Below are positions 36,615 through 46,091 of a DNA stretch of 64,000 bases, piece after piece. The translations under genes were made by a program, and so were the position numbers. A model generated the notes under the pieces. That model was not told where the DNA came from. It worked only from the letters and a program-made list of their open reading frames with translations, and ran no database searches. The DNA is from an uncultured Bacteroidales bacterium (GTDB lineage: Bacteria > Bacteroidota > Bacteroidia > Bacteroidales > VadinHA17), in NCBI GenBank assembly GCA_963829255.1, contig CAWHIG010000016.1:10145-74144 (forward strand). The letters run 5' to 3'. Each line of letters opens with the position of its first letter. The first letter of the stretch is position 1.

Positions 36615-37157
36615 ATGAAAAACTTTCCCGTAAATACTTTTTTCATTCTCCTTACAGCCTTGTCAATTACCGGATGTAAAAAAAATAGTGCTATCAATGA
36701 AAAACAGGCAATATTATTTCAAGTTGAATATATCAATTATGCCTGGGGTTACACGCATTCCGGATTTATAATAGATGGTGAAGGAAATGTCCTGAAATAT
36801 AAGAATCCTCAAAATTGGAATTACGCTGATAAAGATTCTAACCTCACCCAAAGCCAGGTCAGAGAGAACATCAGTAATTGCATATCTGCGGGCAAAAAAA
36901 TTCCAAAAGAAGAATTACAAAAATATGCCAATTATATTAAAAACATCTCTTCAAGCAAAGTTACTGCCTTAAAGAATGTTGCGGCTGATGCCGGATCATT
37001 GGAGTATGTCTGTTATCAATTCATTGCAAACTCCGGAACTTATAAAAGCTGCCTGATAAAAATGGAAGGTGATTTTACCTGTGAAAATCTGAATTTCTAT
37101 TCCAAAAAGGTTTTTATGTGGTTGAAAAACATTTACGATGACCTCAGTAAGAAATAA
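36615..37157 (+). CDS. Lipoprotein of unknown function
   Basis: 180-aa ORF with a lipobox (LSITGC). Confidence 0.55.
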   Translation: MKNFPVNTFFILLTALSITGCKKNSAINEKQAILFQVEYINYAWGYTHSGFIIDGEGNVLKYKNPQNWNYADKDSNLTQSQVRENISNCISAGKKIPKEELQKYANYIKNISSSKVTALKNVAADAGSLEYVCYQFIANSGTYKSCLIKMEGDFTCENLNFYSKKVFMWLKNIYDDLSKK

Positions 37158-37284
37158 TCGGTTGATCATCATCTGCCTTTAAAATAGTAATAACCACTAC
37201 TATTTTTTGAGTTTTCTGTGGTTTTTATTATATCTTTACTTCATACAAAACTATTATCTCGCTAACAACTTTAAATTATTCGTT

Positions 37285-37737
37285 ATGATCACAAACATTT
37301 TTGCCAAACCCGAAATATTCTGGTTCATATTGGGTCTGGGTCTGTTTCTTCTTGAATTGGTCGTTCCAGGATTCTTTATTTTTTTCTTTGGTCTGGGTGC
37401 CTGGGTCACTGCTCTGGTTTGCCTTATAGCTAATCCGGGTACCAACGTTCAAATAGTGATTTTTGCAGTAATATCCGTTATCTCTCTCATAGCACTCAGA
37501 AGAATAATTCAGAAAAAATTCTTTTACAGCAGAGGAACTCAGTCTGAAGATGTTGAAGATGAATTTACAGGGAAAGAAGCAATTGCCACATCCGATTTCG
37601 GTGGTATAAAAAATGGGAAAGTTGAGTTCAAAGGAACTACATGGACAGCTGAATCTAAATCAGATATCAGAGAAGGACAAAGAGTTATAATCAAAGAAAA
37701 AGATAGTTTTAAATTAATAGTTGAACTTAAAAAATAA
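37285..37737 (+). CDS. NfeD-family membrane protein
   Basis: The ORF runs 37207..37737. The likely start is the Met at 37285 (MITNIFAKPEIFWFILGL). It has TM helices plus a C-terminal OB-like segment (GKVEFKGTTWTAES), and it precedes an SPFH gene by 5 nt. Confidence 0.8.
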   Translation: MITNIFAKPEIFWFILGLGLFLLELVVPGFFIFFFGLGAWVTALVCLIANPGTNVQIVIFAVISVISLIALRRIIQKKFFYSRGTQSEDVEDEFTGKEAIATSDFGGIKNGKVEFKGTTWTAESKSDIREGQRVIIKEKDSFKLIVELKK

Positions 37738-37742
37738 TTAAA

Positions 37743-38681
37743 ATGGAAGGATCTAGTACGACTTTTATTCTCATTGGTGTAATCTTTTTAGGATTTATTC
37801 TTATTGCATCAATGATTAAGATTGTTCCCCAGAGAACAGCAATTATTGTGGAAAGGCTTGGAAAATACAGGGCAACTTTTACAGCCGGTTTCCAGTTACT
37901 CATCCCTTTTTTCGACAAAGTCAGGTACAGGCATACTCTTAAAGAACAGGCAATCGATGTGGCTCCACAGATATGTATAACCCGGGATAATATCGCTGTA
38001 GAAGTTGACGGTATACTTTACCTCCAGGTTCTGGATCCTCAAAAGGCTTCGTATGGGATTGATAACTACAGATTTGCATCTATCCAGATAGCCCAGACGA
38101 CCATGAGGAGTGTTATAGGGAAACTGGAACTTGACAGGACTTTTGAAGAACGTGAAACTATAAATGTTACTATCGTTGAAGCTGTTGATAAAGCCAGTGA
38201 ACCATGGGGTGTTAAAGTAACCCGATATGAGGTTAAAAATATTTCGCCGCCTCAGAGCATAAAAGATGCCATGGAAAAACAGATGAGGGCTGAAAGAGAG
38301 AAAAGAGCTGTAATTGCTGAATCGGAAGGAACAAAACAGGCTAAGATCAATAATGCAGAGGGCGACAAGCAGGAGTTAATTAAAAAATCCGAGGGCGAGA
38401 TGCAGAAACGTATCAACGAAGCTGCAGGCCGTGCCTCGGAGATCGAACAGCTTGCCAAAGCAACCGCTAATGGATTAAGAGCTATATCATCAGCAATATC
38501 TGAAGAAAATGGATTAAACGCTGTTAACCTGAGGATCGCCGAGCAATACCTTTTGGAGTTCGGAAAACTTGCCAAGACTAATAACACAATAATAATTCCT
38601 TCGAATCTTAGCGATATCGCAAGTGTTATTGCATCAGCAACAGCGGTGTTTAATGAGACAAAGGATAAGAAGGTAAAATAG
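37743..38681 (+). CDS. SPFH/band-7 (stomatin-like) protein
   Basis: 312-aa ORF with an N-terminal TM helix, SPFH core (IVPQRTAIIVERLGKY ... RSVIGKLELDRTFEERE) and a coiled-coil tail. Confidence 0.9.
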   Translation: MEGSSTTFILIGVIFLGFILIASMIKIVPQRTAIIVERLGKYRATFTAGFQLLIPFFDKVRYRHTLKEQAIDVAPQICITRDNIAVEVDGILYLQVLDPQKASYGIDNYRFASIQIAQTTMRSVIGKLELDRTFEERETINVTIVEAVDKASEPWGVKVTRYEVKNISPPQSIKDAMEKQMRAEREKRAVIAESEGTKQAKINNAEGDKQELIKKSEGEMQKRINEAAGRASEIEQLAKATANGLRAISSAISEENGLNAVNLRIAEQYLLEFGKLAKTNNTIIIPSNLSDIASVIASATAVFNETKDKKVK

Positions 38682-38768
38682 AAATGGATAGAAATGAAAA
38701 ATAGAAAATGAATAGAAATGAATAGAAATGAATAGAAATGAATAGAAATGAATAGAAATAAGTAGAAG
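38677..38768. repeat. Tandem decamer array AATAGAAATG x about 9
   Basis: Read directly. It overlaps the SPFH stop codon (38679-38681). The same decamer recurs at 42271-42340. Confidence 0.9.
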
Positions 38769-38780
38769 TATTTTGAGTCT

Positions 38781-38820
38781 AAAAACCAGGCCTGGAAGTA
38801 ATCTAAGTCTGGTTTTTTTC
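38781..38820 (+). terminator. Hairpin plus T-run after the NfeD-SPFH operon
   Basis: aaaaaccag ... ctggttttt stem followed by a T7 run. Confidence 0.5.
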
Positions 38821-38850
38821 TCTTTGAGTTAGTATCTAACAATATATTAC

Positions 38851-38923
38851 AATCAATTTCAACCTATTTCAATTCATTTCAACACATTTCAACACATTTC
38901 AACACATTTCAACACATTTCATC
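38851..38923. repeat. Tandem decamer array (A)ACACATTTC-type x about 7, opposite orientation to the GAAATG arrays
   Basis: aatcaatttc aacctatttc aattcatttc aacacatttc x4. It ends at the stop codon of the glycyl-radical enzyme gene. Confidence 0.9.
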
Positions 38924-41296
38924 TTATACTTCTTCATGCTCAGTCCTCCTGATTATCTCATTCTGCAGATCCTCTCCAAGATCGTTGAAATAATCACTGT
39001 AACCTGCCACACGAACAATAAGGTCCCTGTATCGCTCCGGATGTAATTGCGCATCCTTCAGAGTTTGCACATTAACTACATTAAACTGAATATGATGACC
39101 ATCCAGACTGAAATAGCTGCGGATCAACGCCGTAAGCTTTTCATAACTCTCCTCATCTTCAAAAAAGGATGGAGAAAACTTTTGATTTAACAGGGTGCCT
39201 CCTGTTCTGAAGATGGTCAATCTTTGAGGCTGATTTAATGACAGATGTCGGGCCTTCATGATCAACACCCTGAAAAGGTGAAATACCTTCTGAAAGAGGC
39301 AGATAAGCATTCCGGCCATCAGCAGTGGCACCGATAACACTTCCAAAATAGACATGAGAAGTTGTAGGCAGCATATTTATACGGTGGACTCCCCCTCTCG
39401 AATTTGGCTGGCCATTAACCGCATCATAATAGATCTCAAAGACTGTAACTGCCTGTTGATCTGCATAATCATCATCATTGCCGAACTTGGGTGTTTCATA
39501 TACTATCTGGTACTGAATCTGTTCGTACCCTTTGAAATCTGCATCAAGAGCTTTGTTAAACTCTTCCCAGCTAAATGTTTTGTTATCATAAATATTATAA
39601 CGGATTGATGTAAGCATGTCGGTGATACTTCCCAGACCAACACCCTGAATATATGAAGTATTGTAACGTGGCTCCGCCACTATTGTAATCCCTGCCGTTG
39701 GAAATACAATCTTCTACCAGTAAAGATAAAAATGGTACTGGCAACCAATCGGCAAACGTCTTTTCAATAACATTGTTACCCTTTATCTTAATCGCAGCGA
39801 GGTAATTTACCTGCAGTTTAAATGCTTCAATGACATCTTCAAAAGTCTTGTAGTCGTTAGAGTTACCAGTCTTCAGCCCGACAAGTTGATTAGTCCTCCT
39901 GTCATATCCGTTGTTAAGAGTCAGCTCCAGAACTTTCGGAAGATTGAAGTACCCTGTCAGCCAGTATGCCTCCGTACCGAAAGCTCCGGTTTCAACACAG
40001 CCCGATGCACCACCGTTCCGGGCATCAATTATATTTTTCCCCTGCCTGAGCAGTTCCTCGATTATTGCATCTGTATTGAAGCATGAAGGTTGGCCGAATC
40101 CGGTTTTTATTATATCAAGTGCCTTATGAATAAATCTGTCAGGACTGCCTTTGGAGATCTGTATCATCGAACTGGGCTGAAGTATCCGCATCTCCTTTAT
40201 GACATCAAGAAGAATATAGGACATCTCATTAACTGCATCGGTACCATCAGGTTTCACTCCACCAAGATTAATAAGACAAAAGTCGGTGTAGGTATTGCTT
40301 TCACTTGCTGTTACACCCATTTTTGGTGGTGAGGGATGATTATTGAATTTTACCCAGAAACAGCCAAGAAGATCATCGAGTTCACACTCGGAAAGCGTAC
40401 CGGACTGCTGTTTCCCTTTTATAAACCGGATAAAGATGCTGATCGAGTCTGCCCGGATTAAAAGAGTCCCAGGGATTTAGTTCAGTTATAACCCCCAGAT
40501 GTATGAACCAGTAATGCTGAAGCATTTCATGAACAGTCTCGGGAGCATAGGCAGGAACTTTGCGACATACGGCTGCCATCTTTATCAACTCCTCTTTTCT
40601 TTCCGAATCTTTCTCCTCTGCGGTAAGCTTATCCAGCTCATCGGCATGACGATTCGCGTACATTATTATTGCATTGCACGTAATATTCATTGCTCTGAGC
40701 TCCTCCATCTTTTCGTATGCCTGGCTGTCAGTAAAAAAATTAAGAGCCTCAATAGCCTCGCTTATCTCCTCTTTTACAGCCAGAAACCCTGTTTTAAACA
40801 TTCTGTAACCCAATACTGTATGTCCGGGGGCGCGCTGTTCCTGGAATTCAGTAAACACGCCTGCATTATAGGCATTCAGCCATTCAGTTGTCATCAGTGA
40901 CATTATCCTGTCGCGGTTGCTGTTCCCTTTCCAGAAGGGAATAATTTCCTTTTCATAAATGTTCTTCACCTCATCATCTACTCTGAAGAAGACTTTTTCC
41001 CTTGAATCAAGGATCGCAAGATCCTTCAGGGAATGAAGGCTTATTTCAGGATAGGTTGGAGTTTCCTTTGGCGCCGGCCCTCTCTCCCCTACTATCAGTT
41101 CGCCTTCGTTGATGCAAATTTTCTTATTCTTCAGAAGATATTCAAAAGCCTTTGCCCTTTTAACAGGGGCTGACAATTCACCTGCTTCATCACTCTTATA
41201 AAACTCTGTGATAAGCAATGCTCTCTCTGCGCTTATCTTTTCGACTGCATTCAGGCTCTGATCTCTTAATTTTTTAACTCTTTCTGATAAAATCAT
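38924..41296 (-). pseudogene. Glycyl-radical enzyme (PFL superfamily, GCVE eliminase-type active site), split by three frame shifts
   Basis: Four consecutive ORFs (40382..41395, 39595..40320, 39159..39680, 38924..39355) together give about 790 aa. The catalytic loop is GGASGCVETGA and the glycyl-radical motif is VRVAGYSDYF. Breaks are near 40417-40420 (T4), about 39670 and about 39205. The likely start is the Met at 41296. Confidence 0.85.
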
Positions 41297-41328
41297 AACT
41301 ATACAATTACTGATTTCAAATATTATGT

Positions 41329-41456
41329 TTTCTTCCTTTGTGTTCCTTTGTGACATCCTTGTGTTCCTTCGTGGTAAGAAAAAATTTAACCACAAAGGAC
41401 ACGAAGGGATTCACAAAGGAATTATTATAAGAACGTTGCATGCAACGTCCCTACAC
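41329..41456. repeat. Composite intergenic element: CACAAAG-type palindrome plus ACGTTGCATGCAACGT palindrome
   Basis: cttcctttgtgttcctttgtga ... tttaaccacaaaggacacgaaggg, then gaacgttgcatgcaacgtccctac (41431-41454). Confidence 0.8.
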
Positions 41457-41462
41457 ATTTTC

Positions 41463-42264
41463 TCATCCCCCGATTTTTACCTTAATTCCTGTCTCCTCGA
41501 AAAATATCTTTATTTTCTGCATTTTCCCCTTGTCAGGCGGCTCAACTCCCTCCATCCTGTAAGGAATATTGAATCTTTTATATTTAGAAGACCCTATCTT
41601 ATGAAATGGCAAGAGATTGATCTTTTTAACCGAACTGGTTTTTGTCTCTGTAATGAACTGTTTCAGTTTCTCAAGATGATCCTGATCGTCATTAAATCCC
41701 GGAACAACAGGTATCCGTACCATAACGTCCTTTCCGCTATTTATTAAAAGCCGGTAATTATCCAGTATTCCTAGAATTAGAAACTCCTGTGGATTCCAAA
41801 TGCTTCGCTTCATCAAGATGCTTTATATCGAAGAGGAAAAGGTCAGTGAACGGAATGATTGATTTAAAATTCTCAGCTGAGGAATATCCCGAAGTATCAA
41901 CAGCTGTATGATATCCATTTGACTTACAGGTCATTAAAGCTTCACGAAGGAATTCAATCTGTACCATCGGTTCTCCTCCTGAAAATGTAATTCCACCTCC
42001 TGATTGATTAATGAAAACTTTCTCTTTATCAAGGATCTCAATAATGCTTTCAGTTGAATAATATTTCCCAACCTCCTCGCTCTTACTGAATTCCTTGTCA
42101 CCGATTCTGTTCGTCCGGATCACAGTTTCCTGTGAAGAAGATATCCCTTCCGGATTATGGCACCACATGCAGCTCAGAGGGCATCCCTTCATGAAAAATG
42201 TCACCCTTATCCCCGGACCATCATGGATGGAATATTTTTTAACGCTGAAAATGAGTCCTTTCAT
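41463..42264 (-). pseudogene. Glycyl-radical enzyme activating protein (radical SAM), split by one frame shift
   Basis: ORF 41758..42264 has GCPLSCMWCHNPE (CxxxCxxC). ORF 41463..41816 continues the family. The break is near 41776 (...TGVSN then LGILDNYRLL). Confidence 0.8.
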
Positions 42265-42270
42265 TCTTTG

Positions 42271-42340
42271 GAAATAAATAGAAATAAATAGAAATGAATA
42301 GAAATGAATAGAAATGAATAGAAATGAATAGAAATGAATG
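42271..42340. repeat. Tandem decamer array GAAAT(A/G)AATA x7 (same unit and orientation as 38677-38768)
   Basis: gaaataaata x2, gaaatgaata x4, gaaatgaatg. It starts 7 nt beyond the activase start codon. Confidence 0.9.
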
Positions 42341-42711
42341 GGAAAAATCGTTTAAGGAATATTCTGTTCCGTTGAGCCGGATCAGACATATTGATCAGAA
42401 ATTGTAAAACATAAGGCAGCAATAGAGCCGTCTGCCAAGGCGCTGCATCATAAAACGGTATTTCAGTTTTGCAATCATCTGATACTTCAAGTTGGGTGCA
42501 AGTTAAAGCTTTTTAAGGAATATCAGAAATTTTATACTCAGGATAAAGCTCCATACAAATGCAGGCTAAGCTATGATCAGCTATTTTAGCCCCGTATATA
42601 AGCATTGATTATTAGATGATTAGTGCTTATATTTTAAATATTATTTAACATATAAAATACTAAAAGTCTGGAAGTTTAGTTCTAGATTTGTTACAGTCTA
42701 TACCTGCTAAC

Positions 42712-45115
42712 ATGAAACAACTTAATCTTCTTGCAGCGCTATTGCTGTTTCAATTGCCTCTTATTGGACAAAATCCAAACCATTACACTATAAGCGGTTA
42801 CATAAAAGAGGCCATAAGCGGTGAATCTCTTATTGGTGTAAATATCTATCTGTCAGACCATAAGACAGGAACAGTAACAAATACTTACGGATTCTATTCT
42901 TTAACTCTGCCTGAAAATGATACCATAGAACTTGTGGCATCCTATATTGGTTATTCACCGGGGATTGTCAGAGTATCTCTTCACAAAGATGTAGAACTGA
43001 ATATTGAGTTAAAAGCTAATCTTGTTCTTGACGAAGTAACAATTATCGCTGACCGGCAGGAAAAGCAGAGTGAATCTGTAAAAATGAGTACAATAAAACT
43101 TCCGGTGGCACAGATAAAGAATATACCCTCGCTCCTGGGAGAAAAGGATGTACTGAAAGTTCTTCAGCTTTTGCCCGGTGTTCAGAAAGGATCAGAGGGA
43201 AGCAGCGGTCTCTATGTACGGGGAGGAGGACCAGATCAGAATCTCATTATTCTTGATGATGCAATTGTATATAATGCCAGTCACCTTTTTGGATTCTTCT
43301 CTTTATTTAACGGTGATGCTCTGAAAAGTGTCGAACTCACGAAAGGCGGTTTTCCGGCCCGTTATGGTGGCAGGCTATCTTCAGTGCTTGAAATGAATAT
43401 GAAGGAAGGCAACAAGGAACAATGGCACAGCGAAGGCGGAATTGGACTTGTTTCTTCACGGGTTACTATTGAAGGCCCACTGGTAAAAGGCAAATCTTCT
43501 ATCCTTCTTTCTGGCAGACGTACATATGCAGATCTGATTATATATCCTTTTATGAAGAAAGGAAAAGCCGGGTATTATTTCTACGACTTTAATGCCAAGA
43601 TTAATTACGACTTTGGCAGGAATGACAAACTTTATCTGAGCGGATACTTCGGGAAGGACAAATATTATCTGAAAAATAACACAGAGGCTTATAATGAAAA
43701 TACTGGTTTTCTGTGGGGTAATGCCACAGGGACGCTCCGCTGGAATCACCTGTTTACAAATAAGTTATTCTCAAATGCCTCAGCCATCTTCAGTAATTAC
43801 ACATTTGGATTATATGATAAGTACAAAGATCTTGCGGTGAATAAGGATTATTATGCAGAATACTATTCAGGAATCAGGGATTTCTCTCTTAAATATGATC
43901 TGGACTGGCTTCCAAACCCAAACCACTGGATTAAAGCCGGAGCAATAAGTATCTTCCACAGGTTCAATCCACATGCTTTTGTTGAGGAAGATGTCCCGAA
44001 TAATACACACACTAAAAATGTCAAATATACGAACGGGATTGAATCGGGTCTGTATATAGAAGATACGTGGCAGCCGGTTCAGACAATAAAAATCAACGGA
44101 GGTTTACGTTTCAGCCATTTTATTGCCACGAAAAGACAGTACCACTTTTTTGAACCAAGACTATCTGTTGCATGGAGATTAAATAATGACCTGGCATTAA
44201 AAGGATCATATGCCTCTATGAATCAATACATTCATCTTATATCTAATACAGGTATAAGTCTGCCCACCGATCTCTGGGTTCCGACAACCGACAGGATCAA
44301 ACCTCAGCAATCACGTCAGGTTGCACTGGGTCTGGTAAAAGATATAAGCAGGCAGAATCTGTCAATTTCACTCGAAGGGTATTACAAAACTATGAACAAC
44401 ACACTTGCATATAAGGAAGGTGCGACTTTTCTTACGTTTGATGACCCTGGTGCTGCCTCATATATTAATTGGGAAAATAATGTTACGGCAGGTCATTCCT
44501 GGTCTTATGGAGTTGAATTATTGCTTCAGAAAAAAGAGGGCAGGTTAACAGGCTGGATAGGCTATACTCTTTCCTGGACACAGATGCAGTTTGATTCGAT
44601 CAATTTCGGAAGAAAATATTTTGCGAAATATGACCGGCGACATGATATTTCAGTCGTTGCAACATATAAGCTCAATAATCACATAACCCTCTCGGGAACA
44701 TGGGTTTATGGAACAGGAAATGCGGTAACTCTGCCGAGTGCGCAATTCTATACAATGGAACGGTTCCCTGATTCATATCTCCCATCTACACGTAATTACC
44801 ATTTCGGAGGTATCCTTCAGAGTTATTATTATGGAGGTACTTATAATGATCTGAGTGAGAAAAATAATTTCAGAATGGCTCCCTATCACCGGCTTGACCT
44901 GGGAATTCAATTTCATAAGATGAAAAAGTGGGGGGAACGTACCTGGGAAATCTCTGTCTATAATGTTTACAACCGTAAAAATCCTTTTTTGTACTACAGT
45001 GATACCAAAACCGTGGGTAATACTCAAACCATGCAGCTCACTGACGATCGGCATACTTAAGCAGGTCAGTATTTTCCCTATAATACCGTCTGTTACATAT
45101 TCTTTTAAATTTTGA
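42712..45115 (+). pseudogene. TonB-dependent outer-membrane receptor (CarboxypepD_reg-like N-domain + plug + barrel), copy 1; one frame shift close to the 3' end
   Basis: The ORF runs 42688..45060. The likely start is the ATG at 42712 (MKQLNLLAALLLF). The canonical barrel C-terminus ...LKQVSIFPIIPSVTYSFKF-stop is encoded in the +1 frame up to 45115, so a 1-nt correction is needed near 45035. Confidence 0.8.
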
Positions 45116-45117
45116 CT

Positions 45118-45975
45118 ATGAAAAGAACAATTACATATTTTGTGATCTCCGCTTTCATATTGATTTTCTTTTCCTGCGAAAAGGAAGCTGACAATATTAA
45201 ATATCCTGCTTTCAGACAAAAACTTGTGGTATTCGGTGTCCTTGCTCCAGGTTATAAAAACAATTATATCTCGGTTAGTTCAACGGTTAATATTTATGGC
45301 CCGAAATTTTCAATCCCCAAATGGGGTAACATAACTGCTACAATCTCAAATGGCACTGATGAAGTATCTCTTGACACAACCAGTGGAGGATTTGTTTTCA
45401 GATCATCGGATTTCCCGGTCGAAGAAGGAAAAACTTATACTCTCAGAATAACAAGCGACTTTGGATTATCGGCAGAAGCTTCATGCACAGTACCATTCAG
45501 AAGAAACTTCAATCTTGAGATCGATACAACATTGCAGCAGTATAACGACCCTCAAAACATAGCAATCTCGCATACATGGGTGAATTCAGATTTATACTTC
45601 AATGATTATAAGGGGGAAACCAATTACTATCGCTTACTAAATATAACCAGCAGCTATCGTTCAACAGGACCGATATATTCTTCTCCATCAACCGGAAACG
45701 AATTCAGCGTTATAAGTGATAAGGGTCGCGACGGCGAAAGATTCAGGATAACCCTTCCCGGTCACGGGACCGGCGGCTCACAGGATTCAATTTTTTTGAA
45801 AGCATACCTTTTAAATACCGACAAAGTCTACTATGATTATCAAAAGTCGCTTGAGAATTATAGCAGCGGCGAGGATCCATTTACTGAGCCATCTCCACTT
45901 TATTCAAACATTACAGGAGGATTAGGAATTTTTGCAGCATATACAGTTGATTCAATAATATTCAGATTGAAATAA
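45118..45975 (+). CDS. DUF4249-type lipoprotein partner of the receptor, copy 1
   Basis: ATG at 45118 (MKRTITYFVISAFILIFFSC lipobox). It starts 2 nt after the corrected receptor stop. Confidence 0.75.
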   Translation: MKRTITYFVISAFILIFFSCEKEADNIKYPAFRQKLVVFGVLAPGYKNNYISVSSTVNIYGPKFSIPKWGNITATISNGTDEVSLDTTSGGFVFRSSDFPVEEGKTYTLRITSDFGLSAEASCTVPFRRNFNLEIDTTLQQYNDPQNIAISHTWVNSDLYFNDYKGETNYYRLLNITSSYRSTGPIYSSPSTGNEFSVISDKGRDGERFRITLPGHGTGGSQDSIFLKAYLLNTDKVYYDYQKSLENYSSGEDPFTEPSPLYSNITGGLGIFAAYTVDSIIFRLK

Positions 45976-46091
45976 GCGGGGAATTGAAACTAACTAACTG
46001 ATGATGAATACTTGATGGAAGCAGATGTAGTTTTTATATAACAAAGAAATAAAATTCTCTGTTTAACGTTTAATCAAACAAACTACCCTGC

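Noticed and set aside
38252-38842. 196-aa minus-strand ORF
   Set aside because: It is antisense to the well-supported SPFH gene. Its N-terminal half is a translation of the decamer array (FLFISIHFYSFLFISIHF).
38677-38923. CRISPR array, considered here and for the other tandem arrays at 303-420, 18803-18967, 26074-26167 and 42271-42340
   Set aside because: The units are 6-10 nt and directly contiguous, with no unique spacers. No cas genes are present. These are microsatellite-like arrays, not CRISPR.
42341-42711. Riboswitch (for example cobalamin or TPP) upstream of the TonB-dependent receptor
   Set aside because: I found no B12-box-like GCCACTG or CUGAGA-type conserved cores. The receptor is of the CarboxypepD_reg/DUF4249-partnered type rather than BtuB-like. 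This cannot be excluded without a covariance-model scan.
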